Shown: positions 1 to 13,900 of the stretch, piece after piece
Layout: every line of letters starts with the position of its first letter
Position numbering within the stretch: position 1 is the first letter of the stretch
Origin: Chiloscyllium plagiosum
Taxonomy: Eukaryota
Direction of reading: 5' to 3'
Assembly: GCF_004010195.1 (NCBI RefSeq)
Contig: NC_057750.1
Location: 8,762,684-8,826,683, forward strand
Length of the DNA: 64,000 nt
Notes under the pieces: generated by a model
What the model was told of the DNA's origin: nothing
What the model saw: the letters and a program-made list of their open reading frames with translations, nothing else
Database searches by the model: none
Translations under genes and position numbers: made by a program

Positions 1-1395
1 TCCCATGTTCCTAACCATGCCCTGAGTTCATCTGCCTTCCCTGTTAGGCCTCTTGCATTGGAAATAAATGCAGTTTAATTTATTAGTCCTACCTTGTCCC
101 TGCCTGCACTGACTGTTTGACTCGCTTCTGTTCTTAACTGTACCAGTCTCAGATTGATCTCTTTCCTCACTATCTCCCTGGGTTGCACCCCCCATCTTAC
201 TAGTTTAAATCCTCCCGAGCAGCTCTAGCAAATCTCCTTGCCAGTATAGTAGTCCCCTTCCAATTTAGGTGCAATCCGTCCTTCTTGTACAGGTCACTTC
301 TACCCCAAAAGAGATTCCAATGATCCAAAAATGTGAATCCTTCCCCCATACACAGCTCCTCAGCCATGCATTCATCTGCTCTATTCTCCTATTCCTGCCC
401 TCACTAACTCATAGCACTGGGAGTAATCCAGATATTACTACTCTCGAGGACCTCCTTTTTAAATTTCTGCCTAACTCTCTGTAATCTCCCTTCAGAATCT
501 CAACCTTTTCCCTTCCTATGTCGTTGGTTCCAGTGTGGACAATGACCTCTTGCTGGCCCCTCTCCCCCGTGAGAACATTCTGCACCCTCTCTGAGACATC
601 CTTGAACCTGGCACCAGGGAAGCAATGCACCATTCTGCTTTTTTACTGCTGGCCATAGAAACCTGTCTGTACCTCGAACTAGATGGAACCTGATGTACCC
701 CTCGTTGCATTAGAGCCAGTCTCCATACCAGAAACTTGGCTATTCGTGCTACATTCCCCTGAGAATCCATCACCCCCAACATTTTCCAAAACAGTATACC
801 TGTTTGAAATGGGTGTAGCCACATAAGACTCCTGTACTAGCTGCCTACCTCTCATACCTTTCCTGGAGTTAACCCATCTATGTGACTGTATCTGAGACTT
901 TCCCCCCTTCCTATAACTGCCATCCATCCCATACTATTGCTGTTGCAAATTCCTCATTGCTTCTAACTGTCTCTCCAACCAATCCATTCGATCTGATAAG
1001 ATTCGCAGCTAGCAGCATTTATGGCAGATATAATTCGCAGTAACCCTTAAACTCTCTTTAAACTCCCACATCTGACAAGAAGTACATATCACTCTATTAA
1101 AGGCCTTTTGCTCCTTCACAATCTACAGACCCAGAAAATAACACTGTCTTATTCCTCTACAAACTTTGCCCGTTATATTATAGTTATGGCTTATATTTTA
1201 AGTTTAATCAAGAGACCTATCTCCAAAAACATATAATCAAGAAAGAACCTACTCTACTCACTACTGCAGATTCTCTGTAGGCCACACTTAAAACAACAAT
1301 TAACTTATCTGATTTTGTGCTGTGAACTTCGCCCAACAGTTCCTCCAAGATCAGTTGTGAATTTCACTGATAATTTTCCCAGGTGCACTCCGATG
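1..1395 (-). mobile_element. Decayed CR1-clade LINE, 5' part (ORF1 SGNH-esterase region and start of ORF2 endonuclease)
   Basis: ORF 409..633(-) reads HCFPGARFKDVSER...VIVHTGTNDIGR...RVVISGLLPV, the CR1 ORF1 esterase signature. Positions ~1-80(-) resemble the APE start (LNCIYF/NARGLTGKADELRAWLGTW, frameshifted). Confidence 0.8.
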
Positions 1396-4300
1396 CCACC
1401 AAAACATTATCTGGGTCTCTGGATTAGCAGTCCAGTTGCCTCGCCCTCAAGCTCCCTTTTAAGTCTAATACAGATTCTGTGCATCCAACAACACTTGTTT
1501 AGGGGCTCACTGGGTGGGAGCTGGTTAATTCTTGTCCTGGTTAGAGTGGCTATCATAATGCCACTGAATCCCAGAGGCAGAGTGTACATATCTCTATGGT
1601 GTTAAGGAAGCTTGATTCACTTGGTAGCACTCCCATCATCTGGGCCAGAGGAGCAGGAGAAGAGGATCATTCAGCCCATGTCACGCCATTTGGTTAGAAT
1701 GCCGCTGACTCCAATTACCCATCTCGATTCCTCCTATCTAACTAATACCATACCAAAGTTGAAAATCTCATTTAATATCTTTAAAATTTTGAAATCTATC
1801 GAATTCTATCAAATTGAACAAACTCAATGACTGAGCCTCTTCTAGGATAGAGGAATCCAAAGATTCACTATCTCTGAGTAAAGAAATTCTTCCTTGTCTC
1901 AGTCCCAAATGGATTCCCATTTAATCTAAGACTGTGTTCCCTGGTAGTAGAATTCCAACCTGGGGGAGCATCCTATCCCCATTCACCCTGTCATGCTTTA
2001 TAAGAATTCTGCATGCTTCAATGAAATCACTCCTCATTCTTTGAAATTCAGGAGAATACAGCCTCAGTATCTCCACCATTCAATATCCCACTATTCCAGT
2101 GATTAATCTGATGAACCTCTATTGTACCCCCTCCATGGCACATACAGTAACTTATTGTTTCAAATTACCTGCTTAAAATCAGTGTTTTAATACAGCTTTA
2201 TTATTTAAAGTTTGTTTGCTGTCATATTTACAGTCACAGTATTAATTTATATCCTAGCCACGGCCCTGGCTTTTTCCTTCTAGAATTACCTCCATTTCTC
2301 TTTATCCTTGCTTTCCCTTCCCCCACTTCAAAGGCTTCTCACCTGGGCTTTACTTCCCTCTGTCATTGCTGTCCCCTGTCTTGGCCTGTCTCCCTGCTGA
2401 CCAGCCTCCCATCCCTGGCCTTCTGGTCTTGTTTCTTCTCACTGGCCTCCTCCCCCTGCCCTTTGTTCATGCTTTTATTTTCAGATGTGTGGTTCTCCTG
2501 GCTATTGTTCTCAACTCTCACTGAAGGGCTTCCACTAGTGACAGAAGCTGCTGCCCTGACCAACTTCTGTCACGAATGATATTCAGTCAACTAAAAAAAA
2601 TTAGGCAAATGTATTTCTTTAAAATGCTATATTGTACATAGACTATACTTTATTGTATTTCTTTTATTTCAACTAGGAATGCACAGTTTTGTACACGTAT
2701 AGAACAGTATTTCAACCTGTGGATTTTTTTCCTGGCAAAACTGTCCAAATGTTTCTAAGACTCACTTAAAGTCACTTTAACAAAATTGCTCACTTGGACT
2801 TAAAATTTATTTCAAACTAATAGATTAAAATGGCACAGTACAAAAGAGAAACAGCCTCCACTCTCAGCCCTCTCATTACACATTGTGAAGCTTAATTACA
2901 CTATTTTCCCATCATATTGTTTCTTAAATAAATAAATCTATAAAGAATAGAATATTTTTAGGGAACCTGACAGGATAGGTGTGGAGAGGCTGTTTTTCCC
3001 TTGTGAGGAATCTTAGGGAAAGGGACCACCCATTTAAGACAGATGAGGAAGAATTTCAGAGGGTAGTGAATCTGGAATTCTTTCTCACAGAGGGCTTTGT
3101 CATTAAGTATTTTCAATGCTGAGATAATCAGATTTTTAATCAGCAAAGAAATCAAGAATACAGTGAAAAGGCAAGAAAGTAGAATTAGGGATTATCAGAG
3201 CAGCCATGATCACATTGAATGATGGAGTAGACTTATGGGCTGAATGGCCTACTACTGCTCCTAAATCTTATAGTCTTAAATTACAACATGCTCTGCATCT
3301 TTCGTCTGTTCCACAGAAGTCAGAAAATGAATGTCATTGCTGCGATAATATTTAGTAATCCCCACACCACAAATAATTAGCTGTGACTAATTTAACATAA
3401 AACCATTAGTTGCTATGATTATACTTTAATTGCAAGCTTTAATTACAGCAACTAATTAACATGCAGCCTAACAGAAGGAGCCACATTCCCTCATTATATT
3501 TAGTTCATACCTTCTTGACATGGATTGCAGGGAAAGGACTCTGTTCATCCTGAAATCTTGCTTTCTCTGTCGATTTTCTCTCAACCCTTTCCGGACTCTG
3601 CATGTTTTCCCTCTTCCTATTGCAACTTAGCAACTCAGTTTTGGTTGTCGAAAATTGACCATGCCTGAAACATTTCATGATAGGTGATGATGCCTCCTGG
3701 TCAGTACTCCCATCACTTGAAGCACAAGTCTTCAGGTTATATTCTTCTCACAACCATCTCTAGTTATTTCCCTAAGTGTTGTGGTCAGCTATCAAATCCA
3801 TATCACCACCCCAACCCCAATCTTGGCCTCGCCTAGGAAGCTTTTTTCCCATTGGATTTGGAACATGGAAATTTGAGAAGTCCATTCAGCCCAACCTGAC
3901 AGTCAAAGAGCTAGATGTTGGCTGATTTGTATCTTAAGTTGATCCACCTGCCTAGGCTTTTTGAAAAATTAATTCAGTGAATGCAGACGTTACTGGCAAT
4001 GGCCAGCATTTATTACCCAGCCCTAATGCTCATGAGGTGGTGGTGGAGAGCTGCCTTCTGGAACTGCTGCAATCCATCTGGCTTCATATCCTTTCATACC
4101 CTCACCCTGTCAAACAACCTGTCGATCTGATGTGAAGAAGTCATGGAGTTTTTTAAAAAGTCATTCTGTTTATGATGTCTATGATCCAATGAGTTCCATT
4201 CCCCGCTCTATTGCCCCAAATCCTTTAAATTTATTTCTCTTTAGTGTACATTTAATTGCTGTTTAAAATCAATTATCATCCCCCCACACCCACCTGTCAT

Positions 4301-4757
4301 ATGTAGGTCATTCTGAATTTTTCCTAAATGTCTCTTTAAAATGCCTTGGATCTGATTTTAATGTAATACTTCTTTCTTCTAAATTCCCCAAGCGGCTGAA
4401 TAAAGATTTCTCAAATAAAAGCAAAATACTTTGGATGCTCGAAATCTGAAATAAACACAAAGACCAGGCGAAACTCAGCAGATCTGGCAGCATCTTTGGA
4501 GAGAGAAACAGCTAACGTTTCGAGTCTGATTGTTCAAAAGAAAAGTCATGTCTGATGCCAGACCTGCTGACTTTCTCTAGAACTCTGTGCTTGTTTTAAA
4601 AAGTTTTTGTTTACCCATCCCGACAATTCTGTCCAAAACCCTGAAAAACCTCAATCAAAATCTCCCTCTATTTCCTTCTAGTTTAAATGTTTCTTTTTGT
4701 GGTATCTTTCATGTATGATTCATGTCATTATTTTCTCTTTACTAAATCCATTTGCAG

Positions 4758-4873
4758 CAAACCAGAGCACCGAAATACTCCAATGGACATCTCCCAGCTT
4801 CCATTGTCAGCCATTAAATCTTCCAAGCAACTGGAGTTGTCGGATTCGGAATCTGATTCCCGAGAACACTTAG
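4758..4873 (+). CDS. NPAS1: NPAS1/NPAS3-family bHLH-PAS factor, penultimate coding exon (upstream exons lie outside the window)
   Basis: Acceptor tttgcag|C and donor G|gtaaaa. The 116-nt exon encodes KPEHRNTPMDISQLP...SDSESDSREHL, matching the NPAS3 post-PAS segment (PEYKDTPMDIAQLP...SDSESDS). The phase-1 end joins the 6625 exon in frame. Confidence 0.85.
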
Positions 4874-5039
4874 GTAAAAATAAACTGCCTGGTGCTGACC
4901 ATCATCTATAGAATGTGAATGGTTTATTAATTCCCTTTCGGAAAGGAAATCTGCTATCCTTAACTAGATCTGGCCTGTATGTGACTCCAGACCCACAACA
5001 ATGTGATTGATTCTCAACTACTTCTGAGAGAAGGTGAAG

Positions 5040-6200
5040 GTTTAGTGCGAATGTAAAAATACAGAACTCCAGGTTAACGTTCTCATAACGGGTTCAAATC
5101 CCACCATGGCAGAAGGTACAACCTGAATATAAAAACGAAGAGTGGACATCATATGGCTTTAATGTAAAGTAATGAGTGTTTCACTATACAGTGCATTGCT
5201 GGTGAAAGTTATGTGCAGAAGTCCGATCAAGTCTCAAGTAGATCAATGCATCTACTTCCAGGCCCTGCACGTCAGAAATTATCAATTGATCTTGGAAAGT
5301 GGAATAGCAATTTTCTTTTTCTTTCATGGCATATGGGTGTTACCAGTATTTATTGCCCATCCCTAATTGCTCTTGAACTAGGTGGCCTGCTCAGCTATTG
5401 CAGAAGGCATTTAAGAGTGGAATTTAAATTCAGTTAATAAATCTGATGTTGAAAGCTAGTCTCAGTGATGGTGACCATGACAACAATTGTTGTAAAAATC
5501 CATCTGGTTCAGTCATTTCCTTTAGGGAAGGAATCTGCTATCTGTACCCTGTCTGGTCCACATGTGATTCCAGATCCACAGTCAACCACATGACTCTTAA
5601 CTACTCTCTAAAAGGGTAGATGATGGAATAATGATAATCCAGAGGCCTCAAGCTCATGTTCTGGGGAAATGGGTTTGGATTGCACAATGGAAAATGGTGG
5701 AATTTGAACATAATTTTTTCTTTAAATCTAGAGATAAAAATCTAGCCTAATGCCAACTGTGTAATCATTCTCAATAGTCATAAAAATAATTTGGTTTCAT
5801 CAATGCACTTTAGGAAATGAAATCTGATGTCCTTCCCTGGTCTGGCCTACATGTGATTCCAGATCCACAGCGATGTGGTTAACTTTTAATTGCCCTCTAA
5901 AGTGGTTGAGCAAGACACTTGATTCAGGGGCGACTAAGAGTGTGCAATAAATGTCGACCCAGCCAGCAATGCCATATCACATCAGCAAATTTTTAAAAAC
6001 GGCAGTACATCGACCGTGTGCTTTTTAAAATTCTTTCGTGGGATATGGGTGTCAATGGCAAGCCCAGTATTTGTTGCCCATCCCTAACTGCCCTTGAACT
6101 GAGTGACTTGTTCAGGCCATTTCAGAAACTGGATAAGTTAGCCACATTGTTATGGGTCTGGAGTCACATATAGGCCAGCCCAGGTAAGGACATAGAAAAT
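5040..6200. mobile_element. Cluster of old SINE copies (ggaaatctgc...tggcctacatgtgactccagacccacagcaatgtgg family)
   Basis: The same core recurs at ~4940, 5420-5620, 5640-5990, 14690-14980, 16720-16945, 21250-21460, 23390-23640 and 47090-47360. Its 3' tail (gggcaattagggatgggcaataaatgctggcc) is shared with the LINE fragment at 44705-45125. Confidence 0.65.
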
Positions 6201-6624
6201 AGGTCAGTTGCATCCACTATCGCACTATAGAATTGGTGATCTTTGCATTGCTAGTCAAGAGCTTAAGTAGGGACCTTCAGCAGAGAGAATGAAAATAAAA
6301 GGTGAATTAATAATAAGAAAACAAAATATTCCACATGCTGGAGATCTGAAATGAAACCAAAAAGTGCCTTAGATCGTCTACCCAGTATCCTTTAGAGGTT
6401 CTCTACTCCCTGGTCATCAGGAATATCCTTCCTGTTTTTACCCCTGCCTAGACTTGTTAGAATTTTACAGGTTTCCATGAGATTGCCCCCCAGTCTTCCA
6501 CACTCCATTGAATATTAGTCCTCATTGGCAGATTTCCTTCCCTGAAGGACGTCAGTTTCTTGGCACCACAGTAATGCTGCTCACATGTTGATCTCTCTCC
6601 TTGATTTCTTCTGTTTCACTGTAG

Positions 6625-7970
6625 AAAGGGACAATCCAAAAGACACTGGTAAGCGAAGCAATTATGAGAAGTTGGCAGCACCTCGCTCAGAAGGCTGGAA
6701 ACGATCAGTGAGCCAATCAGAGGAAGAGTTGACTTCAGCCAAGGACGACAGTGACTCCAGCCTGCCAGATGACTCGGACAGTGAGGGGCCGAGCACCGGG
6801 CGGAGGAGCTTTGTCCTGTCCAAGGTCAAGCGCATGAAGGTCGAGGGGGATGGCGAGGTGCGGCCGGTGGTGCGCGAGCCCCGGAGCTCCCTCCCCAGTG
6901 GCGGTGATGGGGACACTGATAGCTCGGAGGATGAGAGCAGCGGCCTGGCCAGCAAGCCCCAGTACCTAAAGAGGAAGAGGAGGCCTCGCGAGAGCTCGGC
7001 CGCGAGGGCCAAGTCATCAGACTCACCGAGCCCTGGTGCCTCCAACTTTGGCAGTGGAGGTGGCGGAGGTCGGGCCCCGTCCAAACCCGCACCCGATCGC
7101 ATCTCTCCCCTCAAGATCAAAACTGAAGCCATTCAGCCCGTCAACTTCGACAACAACAGCGCCATCTGGAACTTTCCGCCCAACCGTGAAGTCATGAGGA
7201 GCGAGCTGCCTTACCGCTTGGCGACCTCTGAGCACTTTCACCCGGTGCCAGCTCTTCACGTGGCTATCCCGGATTCCGTGCTGACACCCCCAGGGGGCGC
7301 TGATGCCAGTGGTGGGCAGAAGACTCCATTTAGCAGCCCCGCCACGCCGCCCCCTGCAGCCCGGTCTGTCCTGGCAGCAGGAACAGGGACAGGGGGGTCA
7401 TCGGACGCCCTGTCGCCTCCACTGTCAGGCTCCCCCCGGGAGGACAAGGCCCAGGCAGCGGCCTACGCACGTGAGCTTGAGATGGTGCACCAGCGGCGGC
7501 TGCACGCGGTGCTGCCGTTGGTGACCCCTCATCCTGTGAGTGGAGCCAGCCCTTCCCCTTCCCCCTCCTCCTCCGTCGTCGTCGGTGGTAGCAGCAGCGG
7601 CCCCCCGCCTCAGGGCCTCTACACCACCAGCACCATCCGCTATGCGCCAGCCGACGTCGCCTTGGCCATGCAGGGCAACCTGCTGCCGGCTGCCGCTGCC
7701 ATCAACTTTGTGGACCTCAATGCCTCTGCCTTTGGCAGCGGTGGTGGCAGTGCCGCTGACTCGAAAGCCCAAGTGGAGATGATCTACCATCACGTCCAGC
7801 GGCTCAATATGGCGGGGCCCTTCGCCAGCCCCGTCGGCGCAGCTGGCTTGACCCAGGTGCCAGCGGGAAGTGTCTTCACGACGGCTGAGGCCCTGCTCTC
7901 CACGCTTCCCTTCCCCATGAACACGGGCAGTATCCATGCCCCCCAGACTCTGGAACGCAAGGAAGATTGA
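6625..7970 (+). CDS. NPAS1: NPAS1/NPAS3-family bHLH-PAS factor, large terminal coding exon
   Basis: A pyrimidine tract and gtag acceptor end at 6624. The CpG-rich ORF contains [59 protein letters not shown] and ends in QTLERKED*, all NPAS3-like motifs. NPAS1 is assigned from tail-to-tail adjacency to TMEM160. Confidence 0.85.
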
Positions 7971-10534
7971 CCTCTTTTGACTCTGCACCCTTGGGCGGCT
8001 TCTCTTGAGTGTGAGAAAGGGACAATCTCCTACATCCTTGAAAAAAACTAGGCTCAAAGTTGACCCCCACCGGCCCTCCATTTTTTATTTGTTTTGCTCT
8101 GGAGACAATTGATCTTGGTTCTTTTTTTTCCCAATTATTTTAACTTTCTTTTTAACCAATCTCTTCAAATCCCATTGAGCAAAAGCACTTATTTTTCTTT
8201 TGGCTCTTGGAAGGAGAGTCCAATCGAAGATGGACAGAAGTCCAAGGCATCGCCGCTGACCAGACAGAGCGCCAATGGGTGCCATCACTTCCATGACCCC
8301 ATGACCCCAAGGAAGTTGGTGGGGGGGGAAATCCTGTTGGATGGAGGGTGGGATGGGGCAGGTGTGTCTCAGTCTGGGCCGTAAAGCTCTGACTTTGCCA
8401 TCCCCCTCCTCTCTGCGCCACTTGAGCACAAAGCTGACAGTCACAGGGAGAGCAAGAGAGTGACCAAGCAAAACTTGTAGCAAACGTTTTGGGCCTGTGT
8501 CCTCAGACCTTGCCCGCTCGTCATCCACCTTGGGCCTGTGGCCTGAGCCTCGTCTAGTCATTGTCCATTTGGCCCTGCTGTGTGTATACTGTACAGTCAG
8601 TCGGTAAAGATTGTAAAAAGGGAAATTGAAATGAAATGTCTCTCCCTGGGACGGATGGGAGGATTGCAAATAAGGCTTGACCCAGTGGTGTGAAAATGGC
8701 TATTATGGTGTCTTGTTGTAATTGGTATTTGAGACGTTTTTGGGACAGACCGGTACCTTTTTTGGGAAATGTGCACTGTCTTTAACACCGGTTCATGATT
8801 CCAGCCTATCCCTCACCAGTCGGTATCAATCCTTGGGAGGGAAATGGGCTGGGGTAGGTGAGGGTTAGGCAACTGAGGAGTTAGGTGTAAAGGTTTGGAT
8901 GTGGGGAGAAAAGGAGTCACTTAAACACTTATAGTGGAGGCTTTTCATGTTAAACCATTGTGGGTGTGCATCATGACCCGGACATTGATGGCTTATCTCA
9001 TGTCTACATCTCTCCCCATCAGTGCCACAAATTTCAGAAGACATCCTTTTCTCCCAGCAGACAGAAGGTGATGCAGGGGATTTAACTGGTGTTTTTCCCT
9101 CCCTTTAATCATTTTGAGGTAACAGTACTGGTGAAGATTGGCATACCCTTCAAGTGGCAATGCCACGATCGATCCATGTCATCTGTTATTGACTCACGCA
9201 GAGGGAAGGTGAGCAATCCAGGTTTCGCCATACACTCAATTGCCAGTCTGGGGTTGTTACTTAGGACCCTTGGTTGGGGGAGGAGCAGGTGTGTAGGGCA
9301 GACAGGATGGAGTCACACATTAAGCGCTGGCACTTGGGCGTCAAGCACATTTGTGAGTTTCTAGTTTTAGTAAAGATTTAAAAGTGAAGGAGGGGATTAA
9401 GGATCACCGTAATGACGTGAAATTGACATTGGGGATTAACCCTGAGGTTGGTTTGTCAGAATCTTGGGCAAAAAGACCAAGAGGGCATTTGGAACAAGTT
9501 TGGACTCGTGATAAAGTTGTTCTTACCAATCAGTTGCTCATTCCATGCTGGAAAGAAACACATGAGAGAGGGATTAAGAGAGAGTTGGCCGTGGAAGGGG
9601 AAAGGAGCGAGACTGAGAGGGCAACAGCAACAGTCAAACAACATTGAACATTCTTTTTCAAAAATTGAAACCTTCTGGTTCGCTAACTTCACCCTGACCT
9701 CTTGCTCATATACTCATCTCCCTCTCCCTTACTCAGCTGTGATGAAGGACAGTATGTGAATTGGAAACCGGTCTTTCATCAGGTAATGACAAGTTGTGAT
9801 GAGTGTAGTAGCTCTTCCAGAATTGGGGTCAAGGTATATGGTTGAGGTATTTTAATGGAAACTTTACTGTGTCTCTAACCCTGCGCAATACCTATCCTGG
9901 GAGTGTTTTATGGGGACAATGTAGATGAACTCTGTATCCAACTCATAATCAGAAGAAATTCCCACTGGGTGTAAAAGTTGTGATTCTATTGATTTTCTAT
10001 CGAAAACCTCCAAATTTAACAAGCCACAGAAGACCCCAGATTGTCAACAGTGAGAAAAGCAGGAATAGTGCCTGCAATGTGATCTTTTCGTTTTGTGCAG
10101 AATCACAGTGTGTGATCTCTCCAACCCTTAACTTTTACCCAAATTTTTCCCTTGAAACATTTAAGTGAGATTTGCTCCATACCCCTGTTAGCTTCCTTTG
10201 GAAATAAGACCAGGTGGCATGATCATTGTGTGTTGTTTGAATGGTGGTTGCAATTGCCAATTGCAGTGCCCATACTTAATGCCCGATCAAAGATTGGCCA
10301 AGTCAATGCAAGTTTGAGATTGAATGTGGTAAATCTGAGCCAGTATAATATTGATCAGTACAATTTCCCCATCCCCAAAGCCATTTGCAGCGAGAAAGGA
10401 TGGGGAAGGGTGCACCCTTGATTTTGGTACAAGCTGAAGTCCTCGGAATGGTAAGACTGTTCTTGAGGTTTATGTTTTGTGAGACAAAACAGAAATTGCT
10501 TATTGCCTTTCCAAAGAAAACAGACACATTAAAA

Positions 10535-10930
10535 GGACATACATTTACTTAGCACCTTTCACAATCCGAGGATACCCAAAAGCACTTTACAATCAATGAA
10601 GTACTTCTGAAGTACAGTCACTATTGTAATGTAAGAAGCTTGCGCATAGCAAGCTTCCACAGGTTAGTTTTAATGATGTTGGTTGAAGGATAAATATTGG
10701 TCTATGGCTCTCTTTCCTTCAATGTGAGATTGGATCACATGATCGTTTACCTGAGAAAGGCCCTGTTTTAAGATGTCACATGAAAGATGGCACCTCCGAC
10801 ATTGCAGCATTCCCTCACTACTGGAACTGGGTTAGATTATGTGCTTGATTCCTTGGAATGGGATTTGAACTTACAACCTTTGGATTCTAAGGTAAGGTAA
10901 GGGACCGAAATGCTGAGGCACTGCTGATAC
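10535..10930 (-). mobile_element. Deu-domain SINE (SacSINE1/AmnSINE1-like)
   Basis: The minus strand reads ...tgtcggaggtgccatctttcatgtgac...ccaatatttatccttcaaccaacatca..., resembling the Deu domain. A similar copy lies at ~13405-13755. Confidence 0.6.
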
Positions 10931-13900
10931 TCAGAATTGCTGCAATGCAACCACATCTTATGAAGCCACAGTTTATGGTGGAAAGATGTGTGTTGTTTGA
11001 CTGTTTATTGCGTTCAGTAGGAATTAGTCTTTCTTAACATTATTTCACAAGTTGTCGTTCATTGGTCTGAGGCATCTTGTAACAGCAAAGATGAACACTC
11101 AGGTATGGATTAATTTTGGCAGAGGTAGGGCAGGGCAGAGTAGGGTTGAGAAATATTAATTAGTTAATTAAGCTTGAAAGAATGAGGGGGTTGTGATTGT
11201 TTCATTCCCCCCCCCAAAGAAATTGCACAACGTATACCTAACACCTGCCTGCCTGACCATTATAATAGGTCAGCCCAAATGCCAAACATTAGCACTAAAC
11301 TACTTGCAGAGGGCTGCAACTTCACCCATGAGCAAAGACACAGGATTACATGATCAGTACAGAGACCATTCAGCCCATAATGTCCAAGCTGTGTTGCTAT
11401 AGAGCCTCCTGCTGTTCCTACTTTCCCATTGTATCCCCACAGCTCTGCAAGCTCAAGTGCAGATCCCAATTTCAAATCATTTATCAGATCTGCTTCCATC
11501 ACCATCACAGTAGGCAGCAAGTTGCAGGTAATGTCCACCCTCTGTATCAAACAGTTCTTCCTCAAATCCCCTCTGCATTGCTTGGCCAAGATTTTAAATT
11601 TGTGTCTCATTTATCCTGGTATCATCAGAGAATGAGGAACATTACCCAGTCTAAACCTGTCAGAACTTTTTGCAGCAATGTCAAATCTCCCCTCAATGTC
11701 TTGTGCTCCAAGGGCAATAAGCTCATCTAAGAATGATAAGGCCATTTGACCCATGCCGACTCTGTAAGAACTGCTCAGCTGGTCCCACTACCCTGTATTT
11801 TTCCTGTAGCCCTGCAATTTTGGACCCCTCTTCATGTGGTTTGCCCAATTTCCCTTTGAAAGCCATGAACAGTTTTACACAAAACAATGGAAAGTCCTTC
11901 TCATCCAAGGGGAGTAAAATTAGATACTTTAACAGTTCAGGAATTAAGAATTTTTGCACCCAGTTTCAGTTTTGGTGGAAATTAGCAACCAATTATGATT
12001 ATTGCTGAGAAGTGAGACATGTTACCACACCACTCAACAGGATAAATGCAAGAATGCCAAACTTTAGACAATCACAACAGTTTACATTACAGAAGAGTGT
12101 TGATTGATTAGCAAGTTGACTCTGACCAAGGATTGACATGGAGAAAGCAATGATGAATGATAAATTTCCCCACATTTCCTGGTAATTCCAAAAAAAAGGC
12201 ACAAGAAAGGAACATGTTCCTATTATTTTCAGAGAACAAATTCTTATTTTTTCTTCATCATTGTGTTTACTTGAAATTTGACATTCTTGCATTTGTCCTA
12301 AAGAGTGCAAGATGAAAAGCTTTGGCAGTACGGATTGGTCTTCTCAAGAGATATTTAAACGCTTATGTACTTAATCTAAGAAAGTGTGATTCACATTTAG
12401 AGATTAAAGTCATCCCCTTAATCGGGCAGCTTTTACAACTGTATTTTAAAATGTTCAGTATCTACTTTGCACCAGCAGATGGTGGTTAACTGCAGAATTT
12501 ATTTCTTGCTATAACATGGATTTAGCCCTTAGACTGCCATAGGGTCCATGAAGTGTCCAGCCACCAGAGGTCAGTTTGTTTTTAGTAGCTAGAAAACTGC
12601 CATTGTAAAGCTATTCAGTGTCAGTTTTGTTTACTTAGGTGATTCTGTATATTTCTTGCTGTGGTGGACTGATCCTCTGATCATTCCTCTGCACCCTGCA
12701 ATCTCGTGCTTTCCACACTAGCTGCTTCCAGTTTCGAACTCAAGGAACCCAGTTTCTTGGCAAAAAAGAATACAAGGTGGTTTCCCTTTGACTCCCTTAT
12801 ATGCTAAGAGGTAAAATAAGACCTTTTTCCAAAAGAATCCTTCACTTATAGGTAGCTCTCATCCCTCAAGGTGTCCACAGACATGTCATGCTATAGAAGA
12901 GGCCATTCAGCCTATCATGTCTCCACCCAGTTATCCAATCAGTATTATGATTTAGTGTGAATCTCCTATTTTTTCTCATACTCTTGTACATTGTTTCTAT
13001 TCAAATATATATTAATATATAATACATTATTAATATATATGAATAATTTAAATGTTTTTGCCATCACTGCTGGAAATCCGTTGATCCTGCCATTGCCTGT
13101 GGCTCGTAACCTTGAAAATCCTCACATGGGGGTGACCACCGTTAACATCTCTAATGAGCCTCAACTGAATATAATTTTTACTTAAATGATCTTTTATATT
13201 AATTTTCTTTTTTGCTCTGTGTTTTTTGCTGATAGCATTTTTGTTGAGTGTCTTGTTTCAATTTTGGTTTTATTTTCAACTGTTGGGATCTGTTGCAAGT
13301 ATTGATTCCAGTGGACCTCCATGTACATGCAGTTTACGGTTTAATTATAACCAGAGAGAGTTCCTGGTTGCTTCTCCAGATTTAAGGCACCTGTTGTACA
13401 GACCAACTTGCATTTATATAGCACCATTCACGACCCAGGATGTTCCAAAGCATTTCTCACTCTGTAAGGCACAGCAATCAGAAATACAGCAGGTTACTTG
13501 TGTACAGCAAGATTCCAGAAGCAGCAATCAGCTAATAAGCAGGTGCCTTCTATTGGCAAAGAATAATTAATTACATCAGACCACTTTTCTTCAAGCTGCA
13601 GAATCTTTTATCATTAGCCTGAGTGGTTTAGTGTGTCATCTGAAAGATGATATCTCGAGGAATGCAGCAGTCCCTCAGTACTGCACTCAAGTATCACCCC
13701 AGGTTAAGTGGAGGAATGGGAGTTGAGCTCAAGAGCACTGCTCACTGAGACACGGTAGCTTTGTAATTATCAACTGGTGGACTGTGGCCTGGCCTGGTCT
13801 TTGACTTATGGATCCATCAAGACATTTAAATCTGATCTCCATTGCCAAAGCTCAAACCATACCCCTCACCCAAGGCAAACATACTGTCTCAAATCAGTTT

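Noticed and set aside
6585..6624. Start of the 461-aa ORF as a standalone gene
   Set aside because: [13 protein letters not shown] is the translated polypyrimidine tract. The real exon begins after the AG at 6624.
6662..8081. Long antisense and alternate-frame ORFs over the NPAS exon
   Set aside because: These are expected shadows of a GC-rich CDS and show no recognisable motifs.
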